The translations under genes and the position numbers were made by a program. This document shows, in pieces, positions 12,010 through 24,149 of a DNA stretch of 64,000 nt (position 1 is its first letter; every line of letters starts with the position of its first letter). The notes under the pieces are model-generated. The model worked only from the letters and a program-made list of their open reading frames with translations. It was not told the origin of the DNA and ran no database searches. The DNA comes from Amoebophrya sp. A120 (lineage: Eukaryota; Protista; Dinoflagellata): assembly GCA_905178155.1 (NCBI GenBank), contig CAJINV010000001.1:10906311-10970310 (forward strand), written 5' to 3'.

Positions 12010-13572
12010 ATGCATAATACAACTCCGCAGGAGCGCCGCAAGGCGGGTGCACAACCTCTGGTTGCGAGAGAAGGTGGAGGTTTGCTGCAACACCAAGGCT
12101 TGAGTCGATCGCCAATCTATCCGGGCGACTACGCTCCAGCTCGGTTCGCAGGCGATGCGCAGCAACACGGTGAAGCTGCAGTACCACCTTCGCGGCAGGG
12201 CTCGAACCAAACGGCATCGTCTGAACGGGCGACCAGAATCGCGCACGATTTTTGCCATGCAAGTAGCCACCGAGGCGCTCCGTTTCTCTTCCTGCCTGGC
12301 GAGACGCTATCGGGGAAGACCAGCAAAGATTCCTTTGGACCGCAGCCTGTTGTAGTGGCACCGTCTGGAGGTACTATTAGCGTGTCTCCCGGGGGGCGGC
12401 ATTACCAAGTCGGCACAGAGGGTTTTCTGCAAATCTTGTCCGCTGCCCAAGTGCCAGCCACGTCGTCCAAGGAGATTCCACACGGTGGCCTCGAAGACGA
12501 ATTCCAGAACAATTACGTGGACGCTGCCACCAACACCTCCTTCGCACAGCAGATGTCGCAGAGTGCCGCCCTGACCTCCGAGCCCATCGTTTGGGATGTC
12601 GCGCGTGCGAATTCTTACGGAACGCGGGAGGACGTTTTTCAGAGAACAGAAGACCAGGAGGCTGGCAATATTCATCAGGTCCGGAAAAGCAGCCACTCAC
12701 CATCTCCTCGCAACAGTGCAGAGCGCGCGCACGCGTCCGCTGCCGCAGCAACGGCCCTCCTTGCGGAGCACCCGGACGGGAGACTGGCAGAACGGAGCAT
12801 AGAAAGTGGTAGACCTTGGAATAAACAGCAGTGCTCTAGTACAACTCGGCAACAGCGGAAGGACGCGTGTGGCGACTTCCTGACGACGCGGCAGAGGGAG
12901 GAGCGCGACGCCGACCTGCGGTTTCAGCCCGAGGTGAGTCCGAGCAAACGCCGCCTGTCGAGCTCGACGTCGCAGTACCTGGAGCAGCCAGTGTACGAGC
13001 GGCTGTACGGGCACAAGAGTTTAAGTTCCACCTACCATAAGGTCAGCTCTTCTTCGTCGTCAAAAGGAGCCGCAAAGGGCGGTGTGGGGAAGGTTTCTTC
13101 GCACCGGCCGTCGCAGAGGAGTAGCCGCGCGTCACTCGTCGTTCCTGCCTCCGCATCGACTGCACAGCCGAGAAAGGGTGCTGCCGCGTCGTCGTCGTCG
13201 TCGTCGAGAAAGGCACCGGGGTCGTACCTGATGCGTTCAACGGCCAAAGGCAGAGCGAAAGGTGCAGGAGTTAGTTCTCTCGGCATGGGCAACAATAATA
13301 CAGGCGGTAAAACCGGAACAAACGGGACGTGGGCACGAGCCCAGGCTGAGGTCTCGGCAAATGAGGAAACAAGCGAGGAACCACCCCGCCGAGAGCCGCA
13401 TAGCGAAGTTCTGGATTTTGCCCCTCCGCCCAGGGACGGAGAGGACTATGCCGTCCCTGGGGACTATGCCGGTTATGAGTCCTTCACCTCCCAGGACGAC
13501 GCACCAGGACCCTCTGGTGGAGCAGAAGAACAGCGCCTACCGGCTTCCGGGTATAGAAAGAGCGCTCTTTAG
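12010..13572 (+). CDS. Hypothetical Ser/Gly-rich low-complexity protein
   Basis: 520-aa ORF; contains the PVYERLY-type motif common in protist cytoskeletal proteins. Confidence 0.65.
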   Translation: MHNTTPQERRKAGAQPLVAREGGGLLQHQGLSRSPIYPGDYAPARFAGDAQQHGEAAVPPSRQGSNQTASSERATRIAHDFCHASSHRGAPFLFLPGETLSGKTSKDSFGPQPVVVAPSGGTISVSPGGRHYQVGTEGFLQILSAAQVPATSSKEIPHGGLEDEFQNNYVDAATNTSFAQQMSQSAALTSEPIVWDVARANSYGTREDVFQRTEDQEAGNIHQVRKSSHSPSPRNSAERAHASAAAATALLAEHPDGRLAERSIESGRPWNKQQCSSTTRQQRKDACGDFLTTRQREERDADLRFQPEVSPSKRRLSSSTSQYLEQPVYERLYGHKSLSSTYHKVSSSSSSKGAAKGGVGKVSSHRPSQRSSRASLVVPASASTAQPRKGAAASSSSSSRKAPGSYLMRSTAKGRAKGAGVSSLGMGNNNTGGKTGTNGTWARAQAEVSANEETSEEPPRREPHSEVLDFAPPPRDGEDYAVPGDYAGYESFTSQDDAPGPSGGAEEQRLPASGYRKSAL

Positions 13573-13728
13573 TATTATTTCGCGCATCAACATGAACATT
13601 ATAGCGATCTTGGAGATCATGCGCATGCGCAATGTCGAGCTCGACTCATGGCATTCGAGCTAGCTAGAACCACGCGTAGTTCATTCCTTTATCGTTGTCG
13701 GCTCGCCTCATCATACAGCAACGCCGCC

Positions 13729-15575
13729 ATGGCGGGACGTCCGCCGCAGCTACCACGCGGGGCTACAGCACCAGTCGGCGTCAACCAATCCCGCATCAAT
13801 GATCTACGGTCCGAAGTGCAGCGAGACTCACACGTGGACCTTCAGAAGGCACGACTGAGCAACCTGTTCCATGCGGTAGACAAGAAGAGAAACGCCGTGC
13901 AACCACGGTCCGCACCCGGGGCAGCTGCATCAAGGGTATTCTGCTAGCCTCCAATTTTGTAAATAGGCATTGCACTGCCACTGCCAACCGTGTCCTTCTT
14001 GCTCGGTAATGGTTGATTGCGCTTTACATATATAACGCAACTGCTCCCATCTGAAGTACTTCTAAGACTAGCGTATCATGATCCAGCACCGTAAGTAGAT
14101 ACGTGGACACTTCGAAGCTCTGACACTTCAATTTCCATAAGTGTCTGAGTCAAAAGTTGTCCTACAATAAGCAAGCTGCTGGGTGTCACGACATTCCGTT
14201 TCGTCTCGGTGTCGTGTCAATTGAAGTGGCACACAACTCGTTGATGTAACTCTAAGTTCAGTGAAAATAGACGAAAATGATGACTCCCTTGACCATAGAA
14301 TACTTGCACTGATCTTTCAGTGACGAGACTTCTACTCATGTACCACCAGTCTGATTTGGTTTAACTTTAACGTTGCCAGAACCCAGTGCGTCCAAATGGC
14401 TACTTGAGGTGCCGTCGCGACCGCGTCATGGGGCTTTCTGACTTCCCATGATGATTTGTTTTAACCATAGAATACTTGCACTGAAGAATACATAACATTC
14501 TGGGTGACGAGAATTCTATACATGCACCACCAGTCTGATACAGGGAAGCGAAAGAGTTCTAGTTCTAAATGGTGTCCTCGAGAGCAGACTACTGCGAATG
14601 CGTTGCCTCGCACAGTTTACGTAAGATACGGATTTCCAATCTCTCGAAGGTGTCCGCGGGCTCGAAGCGATCAACGATATCGGGCGATGCGGGGAACGGT
14701 ACTCCTCGCGGCACACTGTTTCCTGGTGGATGCGGTGTCGCGGAGGCTGTAGCGCGGTCGAAGAACAATCCGCGTGATCTCGATAGCAAATATTCGCCGA
14801 CGAAACGCACGAGCACGCGAGGCGGGGGTGGACGAAGCATGTCCTGGGCGACTCTAGTGTCACCGAGACCACTGCCGAGTGCGCACTATGGAAACGACAG
14901 CAATCCGTACTTGTTCGCGCGGCGCGTCTTCGAAAAGGTTCATGGCAGCGCCGTACCCGCCGCAGCGCCGAGTGCAGCGGAAATCTACCGCAAGATCCCG
15001 GAGAAATTGGTCAAAATATCGGACGAGCCGCAGCAGCCGCAGAGTGGCGGCAACGGCGCTCGCCGGGGTAGTAGTCCACACGCGCAGGGACGAGAGGTGC
15101 CCTCCTCCAGTGCAAACAAGGATCAAAGCAGCCTGCTGAACATGAGTGGATTCATATCCTGTGTAAAAACATCCCCACACCAGAGTCAGGATGGGGATTT
15201 TGCAACACAAACCTAGGAGTTTTGTGAGTCACGCATGACAAGTTGCACTCCGCAGTGTAGTGCAGGTTAGCAAGTGCAGCCGCATCACAGATTCATCTGC
15301 TCATCCTGTTCACAGCATCACAAATTCCAAAACACGATTGGAAATGGCTCTCATGGGGATGCGCATTACGAGTCTTCCTGTCTTTGCAAATCTGCATTAC
15401 AACTTCGGCGTGGGTACGTTTTTACTCAGGATAATGCAGCATGGATGCCTCGAAAGTGTCCGCGGTACCGATGCCGCGCTGGGCCGCGTCGCCGATTCTC
15501 AACAGCAGCCCTGCGCTCGAGCTGTCCCCGCCCACGCGGCAGCAAAGCACATCGCCTGCAAAGTATAGAGCTTGA
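13729..15575 (+). CDS. Hypothetical multi-exon protein; probable snoRNA host gene
   Basis: Exon MAGRPPQLPRG... ends at a donor near 13936. The next ORF (14569) continues in frame across the 15155 element (SGFSMDASKVSAVP...KYRA*). The first acceptor is not resolved. Confidence 0.5.
14273..14358 (+). ncRNA. Box C/D snoRNA, copy 1
   Basis: C box ATGATGA 14277-14283, D' CTGA 14309-14312, C' GTGACGA 14320-14326, D CTGA 14351-14354. Guide CATGTACCACCA lies before D and GAATACTTGC before D'. Confidence 0.8.
14441..14548 (+). ncRNA. Box C/D snoRNA, copy 2 (paralog)
   Basis: C ATGATGA 14447-14453, D' CTGA 14481-14484, C' GTGACGA 14504-14510, D CTGA 14535-14538, terminal stem CTTCCC/GGGAAG. Guide CATGCACCACCA is complementary to the conserved 18S TGGTGGTGCATG. 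Confidence 0.82.
15155..15433. mobile_element. TIR introner, family E copy 1
   Basis: 24-bp TIR, 21/24 (TATCCTGWGTAAAAACRTMCCCAC), and TSD ATTCA/ATGCA. An open frame is restored on removal. Confidence 0.85.
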
Positions 15576-15929
15576 ACTTGATGCACATGTAGTCGGTTGG
15601 ACAAAAACTCAGAGGGCCACTCTAGTAGAAAATTTGAGGGAAGATTACGTTTGTATTCGAAATCCAACTACAGATCGTAGCCCTTGAGGCAGGGAAAGTG
15701 CCTTGTTGTAATAGAGCAGGCGTGGCCAGGCGCTAGGTGGCATCTTCACAGCGGGTCAGACAAGTCAGTCGCAATTACTTGTATGCCACTGTAACTATAC
15801 TTTAAGAGAATGAGAATTATCGGTATGGTACTTACAAGCAGGCGAGTATGGAGATGCAATAATTCTATACTGGCATTGATTGTCATCGTTTCTACCAGGT
15901 CGAGCCTGTTCCAGCAGCGCGTGGTCCCC

Positions 15930-17445
15930 ATGGACGTTTCTGCGCACGTGCAGCGTGCCGGCGACGAGCGGCCAGGCAGTCCTCTCGCTGCGCGGCCGGG
16001 TCAGAGCAGCAGTAGCACCAGCGCTCCTCGACAGAAGATGACGACTACAAGCAACAACACACGTGCTGGAACTACCGTTCAGGGGGCGCGGTTTCTCACG
16101 TCCACTCGGTTTGCGCAGCTGGAGAAGAAGGAGCGCGAGGTATCCTGTGCCAAAACGTACCCTTCCCAAGATGCCCAAGATGAATATTATGATCGGCCGA
16201 CCGCTAGACAAATTTAGAAGCAGGTATGGGAGTTACGCACGAAATCGTGCAGCCTGAGTGGTTGTGATTATGTCTAGTTAGTCCAAGCGCATCACAGACC
16301 CAGTAGGGTATTCTTGGTAGAGCATAACATGTTCTTTTGTGTCTGACTTTGCTGTGCTTCTTTCATGGCCGGGACCATCCCCAGATAGAGGAAAACCCGC
16401 AAGCATGACAAATCCTACTGAAGAAATACTCGCGATGTTTTTCGCGGTTCTGACCCTAGATCTCCTGCGTCCGAAGCTGCTTGCGGCGACGGTGCAAAGG
16501 TTTTTGATGTGGTGCAGTCGGGTATGCGTGACAAATCCTACCACGGGCAGCCGAGTCGTGCGACACAATCAATGCTGGGCCGGCAGATTTGCATATAGAA
16601 GGAATATGGGAAGGGTAGTACTGCAACTTTACTCAGGATACGGGGAGCAGCTGAAGCAGGCGGCTGAGATCGCTGCGAAGGTCAGCGAGCGAGAGAGCAG
16701 ACTGGCAAACGCAGAGCAGGCGAAAAAGCGCGGCTGGTCGGCATTGTGCTACGAGGACCAGAACAAAAAGTGGGAAAAGCTGAAAAAAAAGTATCCCGAG
16801 AAGTTTCTTTCGGCGGAGGAGCAGGAGGAGCTGGAAGTGCAGAAGATCCAAGCGCAGTGGGCACAGCGACGGGCGGAGCACCGCCAGCGGAAGGAGCAGC
16901 TGGCTCGCGTGATGCAGCCCGCGTTTGCTGAGGAGTACAATTATGGAGATCATCCGGGCTCGCCCGACCAGGAGACGACACAGGAGCTGTTTTCCACGTC
17001 CGTAAACGCCCGCATAGATGTAGAGCAGCAACATGCGCGGGATCCGTTCTCGCCCACACACGAACTGCCGCGCGACAGCGATGCGCGGGGAGGTCATCTT
17101 CCCGGGGGTGGAGGTGGGGACAGCACGAGCTATCCCCTTCGGAACAACCGGTCCGCGTCCTCGAGGCTCTCCACAGCAGGGAACAACAGTTTTACTCCAA
17201 ATTTGTACGACGACGTGCCGTCGAAATTGCAGCTGCGCAACCCCGCACTGTACATGGACCAGCTGCAGATGGACCAGCGCAATCGAGAGCTGCAAAGCCT
17301 GCAGGCGGAACAGGACCGCGCGGAGAAGGAAATGGAACATTGCACGTTCGACCCCTTCGCGGCTGCTAGGGTCGGACCGGGGATGATTCACAATTCCGTC
17401 TTCAAGGGCAAGGAGCTCCCGAAATCGCGCTGTTTGCGCGGCTAG
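15930..17445 (+). CDS. Hypothetical coiled-coil protein (about 336 aa after removing the introner; 3' end may extend)
   Basis: ORFs 15810 and 16339 join in frame (LEKKEREEQLKQAAE); C-terminal EMEHCTFDP motif. Confidence 0.65.
16141..16640. mobile_element. TIR introner, family E-related, 500 bp
   Basis: Both ends read TATCCTG...TACCCTTCCCA; TSD CGAGG/CGGGG; internal GCATGACAAAT; frame restored. Confidence 0.82.
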
Positions 17446-18343
17446 AAGAGCACGCAGATTTAAGATCCAGGCTGGTATCCAAAAATGCAAAATTGATTCC
17501 GAGAGCAAAAGAGCGCATGTGCTCGCTCTGTCTCGTTCCACAAATAATGAACCTCTCAACGCAAAGTAAGAAATAAACTGCAGTGCTGCATGCACGAAAT
17601 GAACACCTAACGAGCATCTTGGAAGACGAAAGTGATCTTACAAATATGGAATCTTGCAGCGATAATATACGTCCCTACCGCCGCTTTCGAGCGAGCATTT
17701 GTAAACTTACTCTTTATGAGTATTTACCAAAAACTATCGAAATCGAAATCGAGTCACAGACTGTGTTTGGTCTTGCCGCTGACGCCGTTTTTCGTAGGCA
17801 TACAAGTCAGTCCTCGTCCACTTCACGCCTTATCGTTTTGACATCGTTCTCTTAATTGCCCTCGTTCTTAGCCAGTGTCATGGCTCACTCGTTTAGCTCA
17901 TTTGCAGATGCGTTGCGACTTCGTTTGCATCGCACCGATAACATATTATAAATATATGATCATGCACTTGCGTCTTTATTCAACCAATTGCATTGCTGAA
18001 TTTCCCAGTATGTCCTGGCTTGTAAACATGAACAGTCGTGCGCGTTGGATCCCAATCATCGCTGCGTCAAACTAGCCCTTCACGTTCTTTTCGGAGGATG
18101 GTCTCTTCTTCGTTTTTTTCGTTTGGTTGTTGCTTCGAAGCTTGTGCAGCCTCCACTTTATCATAGATGTCCCAGGTGGACGCTCTTCTTCAGTGTTTTC
18201 TTTTCGTGGTCTACCGGTATACGTTAGAGTTTGCAAGCGAGGAGGTACGTGCTGTTCAATTCGTACACCTATTTTGAACCAACAAGGCAAACTAGAACTA
18301 CACGCAGTACAAAAATAGATTCCTCTCTCCTGAGGGAGCTACT

Positions 18344-19012
18344 ATGGGGAATTTCTCGGGGAATGCGAGTTCAGGCACGACCCAACCTGCGGGTTCGGCT
18401 TCAGATCGTCCGCCTGCCACGACGCTGAGCAGCCGCGTTTCCTCTCCCCCCGGTCACGATCAAGATCCGGGCAGAAAGCGGTACTACAGCGGACAGCTGG
18501 GGCACCTGCCAGCCGTGGAGGAGCAGCAAGAAGACGATAATAGTTACAACAACGCAGCGTCGGTCTATTTCTATTCCCAGCAGCGGCGCGAGCGGTACGC
18601 GGCAGCTAGTACAACGAGTTCAGAACAAGCGCCAGCACGACCCACACCCAGCAATCCGCCACGACAGTCGCGTTTCTGCGACAGCGAGCCCTGTTTGGTG
18701 GACCAGGGAGAACTCGTCCTGACGGGGCCGCGAACCCCCGTGTACACTGATTCCCTCGACCTGTTTCGCAGTATCGCAGAGGATTCTGAGGAGGAGCTAC
18801 CGGTTCTCTGCTCCGCCCGCGGGTGGCCCAACACGTACCGGGGCACGGCGTGGTTCTATCACGAGAACGTGCGACTGCGCGTCCACCGGACGCAGCCGGA
18901 CATCGAGTGGGAGAGGCTGCAGAGGCAATTCTTTGCGCGTCAGCGGCTGCAGACCCGCCCTGCATCCTCCTCGTCCACAGCGTTGCTGCAAACCTGCGGG
19001 CTGGGCTTTTAA
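18344..19012 (+). CDS. Hypothetical protein
   Basis: 222-aa ORF starting MGNFSG; no recognised domain. Confidence 0.5.
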   Translation: MGNFSGNASSGTTQPAGSASDRPPATTLSSRVSSPPGHDQDPGRKRYYSGQLGHLPAVEEQQEDDNSYNNAASVYFYSQQRRERYAAASTTSSEQAPARPTPSNPPRQSRFCDSEPCLVDQGELVLTGPRTPVYTDSLDLFRSIAEDSEEELPVLCSARGWPNTYRGTAWFYHENVRLRVHRTQPDIEWERLQRQFFARQRLQTRPASSSSTALLQTCGLGF

Positions 19013-19659
19013 CTAAGGAGGTAGAAGTAGGAGCGGCTAGCAGCAACTGCTTCTCGTTGTGCTCCCCGGCTGCCGTGCCTCTCGGCTGTGTGGATTCATG
19101 TAAGCGCCGCTCTCCTCAGTGTTGTGTGTGTCTTTGATGAATTCATTGCGCCAGATTTGGTATGATCTTCTCCGCAAATACAACTTTAAACGGCGATGTC
19201 TGGTGCGGACGAGGTTCGCACACACGGACTTGATTTAGAGAATGCGAGTGTTCCTGAAGATGCGTTCAAATGACTGATGGGTCTCCGTTTTGGCGATCAC
19301 GATATGGAATGTTGACTCTGCAGCAGCAATGCACGAGCCTATTTTTTAAGGGTTTCGCCGGTCTTCACATTCACATCTACATGAAGGTAGCATTCCAAAT
19401 TTGCACGTAGATTTCGGATTCGTTTTGCTTTTGCGATCGTTATTTTCATTGATATGGTTTGGTTTCCCTTTCCCCTCTTTGTCGGCAAAGAATCCGTTTT
19501 GATGCACGTTCCAAAGTGGTACACGAAATCAAAAAGAGCGAAGATCTTCGAGGGGCTTATGAATCTGGAATAGCATGGAGAGGGAGACTGGCTAGAAGAA
19601 GAAGTGGAGTTCCCTGCTGTGCTGTTCGCCGTTCACGACACCAGAGGAATTGGAAAAAA

Positions 19660-22600
19660 ATGTTCACGACCGGAAGGAGGTACGGACCGCGAATAGCGAC
19701 GCGAACGCCTCCGCACCGTCGGCGGAGGCGGAGAGTAGGAGATTTGTTTTACTTACCGCGGAGGAAGAACAACTTCTTCGCGCGGTCGTTTCGGTTGCTC
19801 CCGTCGCGTGTCCGGGGTGGTATCGTACTCGCGGCTCTTCAAGTTATTTCGCTGGTGCGCGTGGCAACAACATTTCGAGACCCATTTTCATCCGAGGTTT
19901 CCACAGATGAGGGAGAAAATCGGGGTGAGCGCGTTGTACCCGTGACAACGGATCTGGTCGAGCCCGTGTACACTTGCCCCCGGTGGGAAAACCCCATGAC
20001 CGAAAACTACGAATTGTGTTGCTTCTTCGAAGAATCGCGGCACCGGAAGACCCTTGGGGTCGACACTGCCACTAATCAGACAGCGACCGCGATCCTGCGG
20101 CAGAAGGGGCTGCTGTATTACGACGAGAAGGTAGGTATTTTATTGCCTTTGTGTTGATAGATGTGTCGGTGTCGTCCATATGTTTTAGAGCCATGTACTT
20201 ACTGAATCTGAATGGACTTTGGATAGGAATTCGGTGGCGTGGAGAAGGGAACAGCTGGCGTTGCGAAGGTTGACTCGTACTTTGTGATGCAGCTCTGCTG
20301 TGTCTTTTATCCTGCCACTGCCATCGCGAATAACTGTATAAAGCTCGTTGTCCCACACACTACTACTCCGTGACTGAGCGTCGCTCCTGCACGAGAAAAT
20401 GAAAACTCAGGCACTGAGCTTCCCTCGGCGAGCCGGATCTTCTATACGAACACCTGCTACGATGAAGATTGTTGCAAAGCGCTGCGTCTGCGGCAGGAAA
20501 AGAGCAGCGCTCTTGTAAAAGCGGACTATTCTTGGAACGTCGCAGGTGGCGCTTTCACCAAACACACTGCGTACCAGTATCTTCTGCAGCTGTTTTCCTT
20601 GTTTGCCTTGGGGTTCCGGGACTCGTCAAACTGGGACTTTTTCGAGGCGGGGGTCGTCTTACCAGCCGTGCTCTCCTCCGCTTTGGAGGGGGAGAGGCAC
20701 CTCCAGGGGATCAAAAGCGAGAGGCACGTACTAGAGCCGAAAGGGCACGCAAAACCGGCCGACGCTCCTGACGTCTACCAACTCATCGATGTCGGGTGCT
20801 TTGCGGCGGGACTTTCTGACACCGCGATCAAGCTGTGGGAGAACTATCAAGACAGCAAACAGAAACGACCTCTGCTGAATGTGACGTGCGTGGAGCCGAG
20901 TTTTTTTCGGTACCGGGACTTGCAGGATGCGTACGCGAATAGGCGCAACGCGTCCTTGGCCCTGCGCCACCTCCACGTGGTGGCAACCGCGCGGCTCGAG
21001 GAGAACGACGAGGCGAGCGGGGTCGTGCAAGACGATTTTTCCTCGTGGAGCCTGGCTTTGCTGGACAGGGTGTGGGGACTAATTGGCACGGCGCGTTTCG
21101 ACCAATTGCTGCGCTTGAACACCGGAGAGAAGATGGAAATCGACGTTCAACATCCGGGTGAAATAAACACGGATCGCCTCGAACATGACCAGGCAGGCAT
21201 GACTGTTGACGATGCACGCGGCCATGTCGAGGACAAAACGACGAGTGTGCTGGTCGGCAGGGAGGAGGTGTTGCGGGTGCTTCGGACCAAATTGGACAGC
21301 GGCACGCGGCGCGGCATACTCACGCGCCGAACGAAAACGGTAGACAATCTGACCGGCTTCACGGTGGTACACTCAGCGTTAGGAAGTTCTCCGGGGAATG
21401 CCGTATTCACATGCAGTGGACAGCAAACCGGGAAGCTTGTGATGAGCACGAGAGTCGAGGACGAAGAACTACACGGTGCAGAGGAACATGAACTAGCCAC
21501 ACGCACCTCCGAATCTGCGCAGGCTTGCGACGAGCGTGCGAGCACGACGCACCGCGTAGGCATCCAGACGCTCGACGCGCTGTTTGGCTGGAAGACAGGA
21601 CCACGGGACTCGATTCTCTTTGTGAAAGTGGACGCGGAGGGCCACGACATGGACATTTTGAAAGGCGGCCGGAGACTCCTGCAACAGAAAATGGTTCGGT
21701 ACCTACTGTTCGAGGTGAATGTCTCCGGGGAAGAAGATTTCGTCACCTTCCTTCATTTCCTAGCCGCAGAAGTGCAGTACAAATTTTGCTACGCGGTAAT
21801 GCCCGACGCACTGTTCCCGCTAAACGAGCAGCTGTTCTACGATTCGTACGAGCAGGTGTTTTTGCAAGCACAACGCGAGGAAGTACATCTGGACGACCAC
21901 GCAGGTCCTGAGCATTTATTTCGGAGTGACGACCAGGAGAGACAGCAGCTGCCTTCGGTTTTGCGAGCCTACTTCTCGATGAAAGTTGCGCGTGCGTGGA
22001 ACGTGATCTGCACGTACAGCGCAACGCACGCACGGTTTCTGCACGCCAAACACACGCGAAACCAGCGGGCCTTTCTCTTTCTGTTCCGAAAGCCCTTCGG
22101 CGCCGAGACGAGCAGTTTCAAGAAAACTTCCGACTGGTGGCTGCGAACCGGGATAGGCATCGAGAGGGAAGAGCGCGCGCACTTCGCGGCCGTGTTCCCG
22201 CAGGCGAAAATTGGCAACCACGGACATGGCTTTGCCCGCCGCAGCACGCTCGCGTTCCTCCACGCCTTCACCAACCAGGCGGAACTCGACCAGCCGAGAA
22301 CTCCCTGGTGGAGGCAAACTGGAGACGGGGGAGAGAGTGCTTCGAACACGGACAGGGCTAGCGCCGCGACGCCGGGCGAAGAAGAGGACGAACTGATCCA
22401 GGGAGTGATCAAGCAGTCCGTGGTTGCCGGGCAGGAGGAGCACAAGGACCTCGTGGACATTGCGACGGCACAGATTCCGCTCAGCGATACCACGAATGTC
22501 GCACGGCAGCACTGGCACTTGTTTGAGGAGGGGAGATACGCGATCCGCAGTTTCCTGGATGTGGTCACGCAGCGCGTCCCGGGCAAGGGGTTGGCGAACC

Positions 22601-23664
22601 TCGCGGCGCGCCTCTGCGGATCGCGGTTCCAGCCGAATTACATTGTGGAGCCGCGGATCATGAAACTGGGCACGGTGCTGGACAGCAAGCACGTACAGGG
22701 TGCGTTGTTGCAGAAGCTGACCGCGGTGGATATCAGCACGAACCGGAACGGCGAAAACGATTTTTACCACGAGCTGGCCCGGTATCTGGAGCGTCGCGCG
22801 CACGAAGCGGGGTTTCTGGACTCGCTCTGGGTGCTTTGCGGCGCGGAGCTCTGGTATGTCGCTGCGTGGCGAAAGCGCGGGAGCGTGGGCAGCTTCCTCT
22901 CCTTGATGCAGCTGGGCTGGACGACGACGACAAGTGTGAATAGAAAAACGAGGAGTCCTGACTCGAGCGAAGATGGGGCTTCGGGTTCGACAAATCGCGA
23001 GACTTTTGGGGCCGGTTCGCGCACGCAAAAAACGGGCTCTTCTGCTGGGCTAACACACGACAGCGCCTGCCTGTTGCTGGATCGCATGGGAATCGTCGAC
23101 TTGCAGGACCTGTTTACGAAATACGTGTCGCCGCACGATTACGAGGAATGGAAAACATCTGCCGAAAAACGAGGTTCATTCGCTCGAAGAAGACAAGGTG
23201 GTCATGATCGCGAGAAGCCTGGTGCAGCTAGAACAAAGTTCTCGGATTTTTATGCGGATATGTGGCGCGACCCCGTTGCAATGCTGCAGGTGCACTACAA
23301 CCTGACACAGGCAGTGCACCATGTCAAAACTCCGAAAGATATTCTACCATATGCCGTTTCTGAAAAGGCACGGACGTTGGCGGACGAGGCCGTGAGCAGG
23401 GCGTATGGTTTTGACGCAGACAACGATGAGGGGACCTTTGACGATGCAGAAGTACGGTATCGCACCAACCATCTGCGATACCCCATGGCAGCTGCGCATC
23501 TAGCCGAGGAACCGAGAGAGGACACGGGACCGGAGGAGCTAGAAGAATCACACGCGGGGCGGATCTTCCTATGGGACTTTGTAGAGGATGCCATTCTGAA
23601 AACAGATTTGCGGGCCGTCTTTTGGAGTGCCTACTTTCATGGGTCACAGGAGGCGGCTGACTGA
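19660..23664 (+). CDS. FkbM-family SAM-dependent methyltransferase with an N-terminal membrane anchor (about 1181 aa, 2 exons)
   Basis: Motifs LIDVGC, CVEPS, SALG, TLDALF and ILFVKVDAEGHDMDILKGGRRLL...LLFEVN. In-frame GT-AG intron 20131-20589; hydrophobic GGIVLAALQVISLV follows an Arg-rich N-terminus. Confidence 0.8.
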
Positions 23665-24149
23665 GGAAGGTCGTCAGAAAAGCATACAAGGAGTTGACGA
23701 AAGCTATGTTCTTGAAAATCTTCCTTCTTGATGCTGGCCGAAGCACTTCGCCGAAAGACGGATATCCTGTACAAGGAAAGAGCTGATAGATAATGATTAC
23801 GATCTTCATGCTGTTCTTCAGTTGATAGAGAAGAAAAACGACCGTGCTAACAAGCAAATTTCAGCACGATAAGACAAAAATAGATGCTCGAGGTCGACGA
23901 AAGATGTAGACATGTGCGAAAAAGTCTACCAAAGAAACAAGATTGATATAGTTTTCCTTTCAGGCCGACTCACGTAGTCACGTTATCCATTCTGTAAAGT
24001 TTGCTTGGTGGAGGGGACGTAGACGCGGTGCACTCGTCACTTAGAAGCTTTGATTGCCAGCCGAAATACATTTTACAAATGCGCGATTGTGGTGGAGTTT
24101 TTCGACACACGTCTCGTACCACGCCCGTCTCTCTGTAGCAGCACAGAAG

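Noticed and set aside
14292-14539. Direct repeats ACCATAGAATACTTGCACTGA read as a CRISPR-like or simple duplication
   Set aside because: Only two copies in a eukaryotic context; better explained by paralogous C/D snoRNAs.
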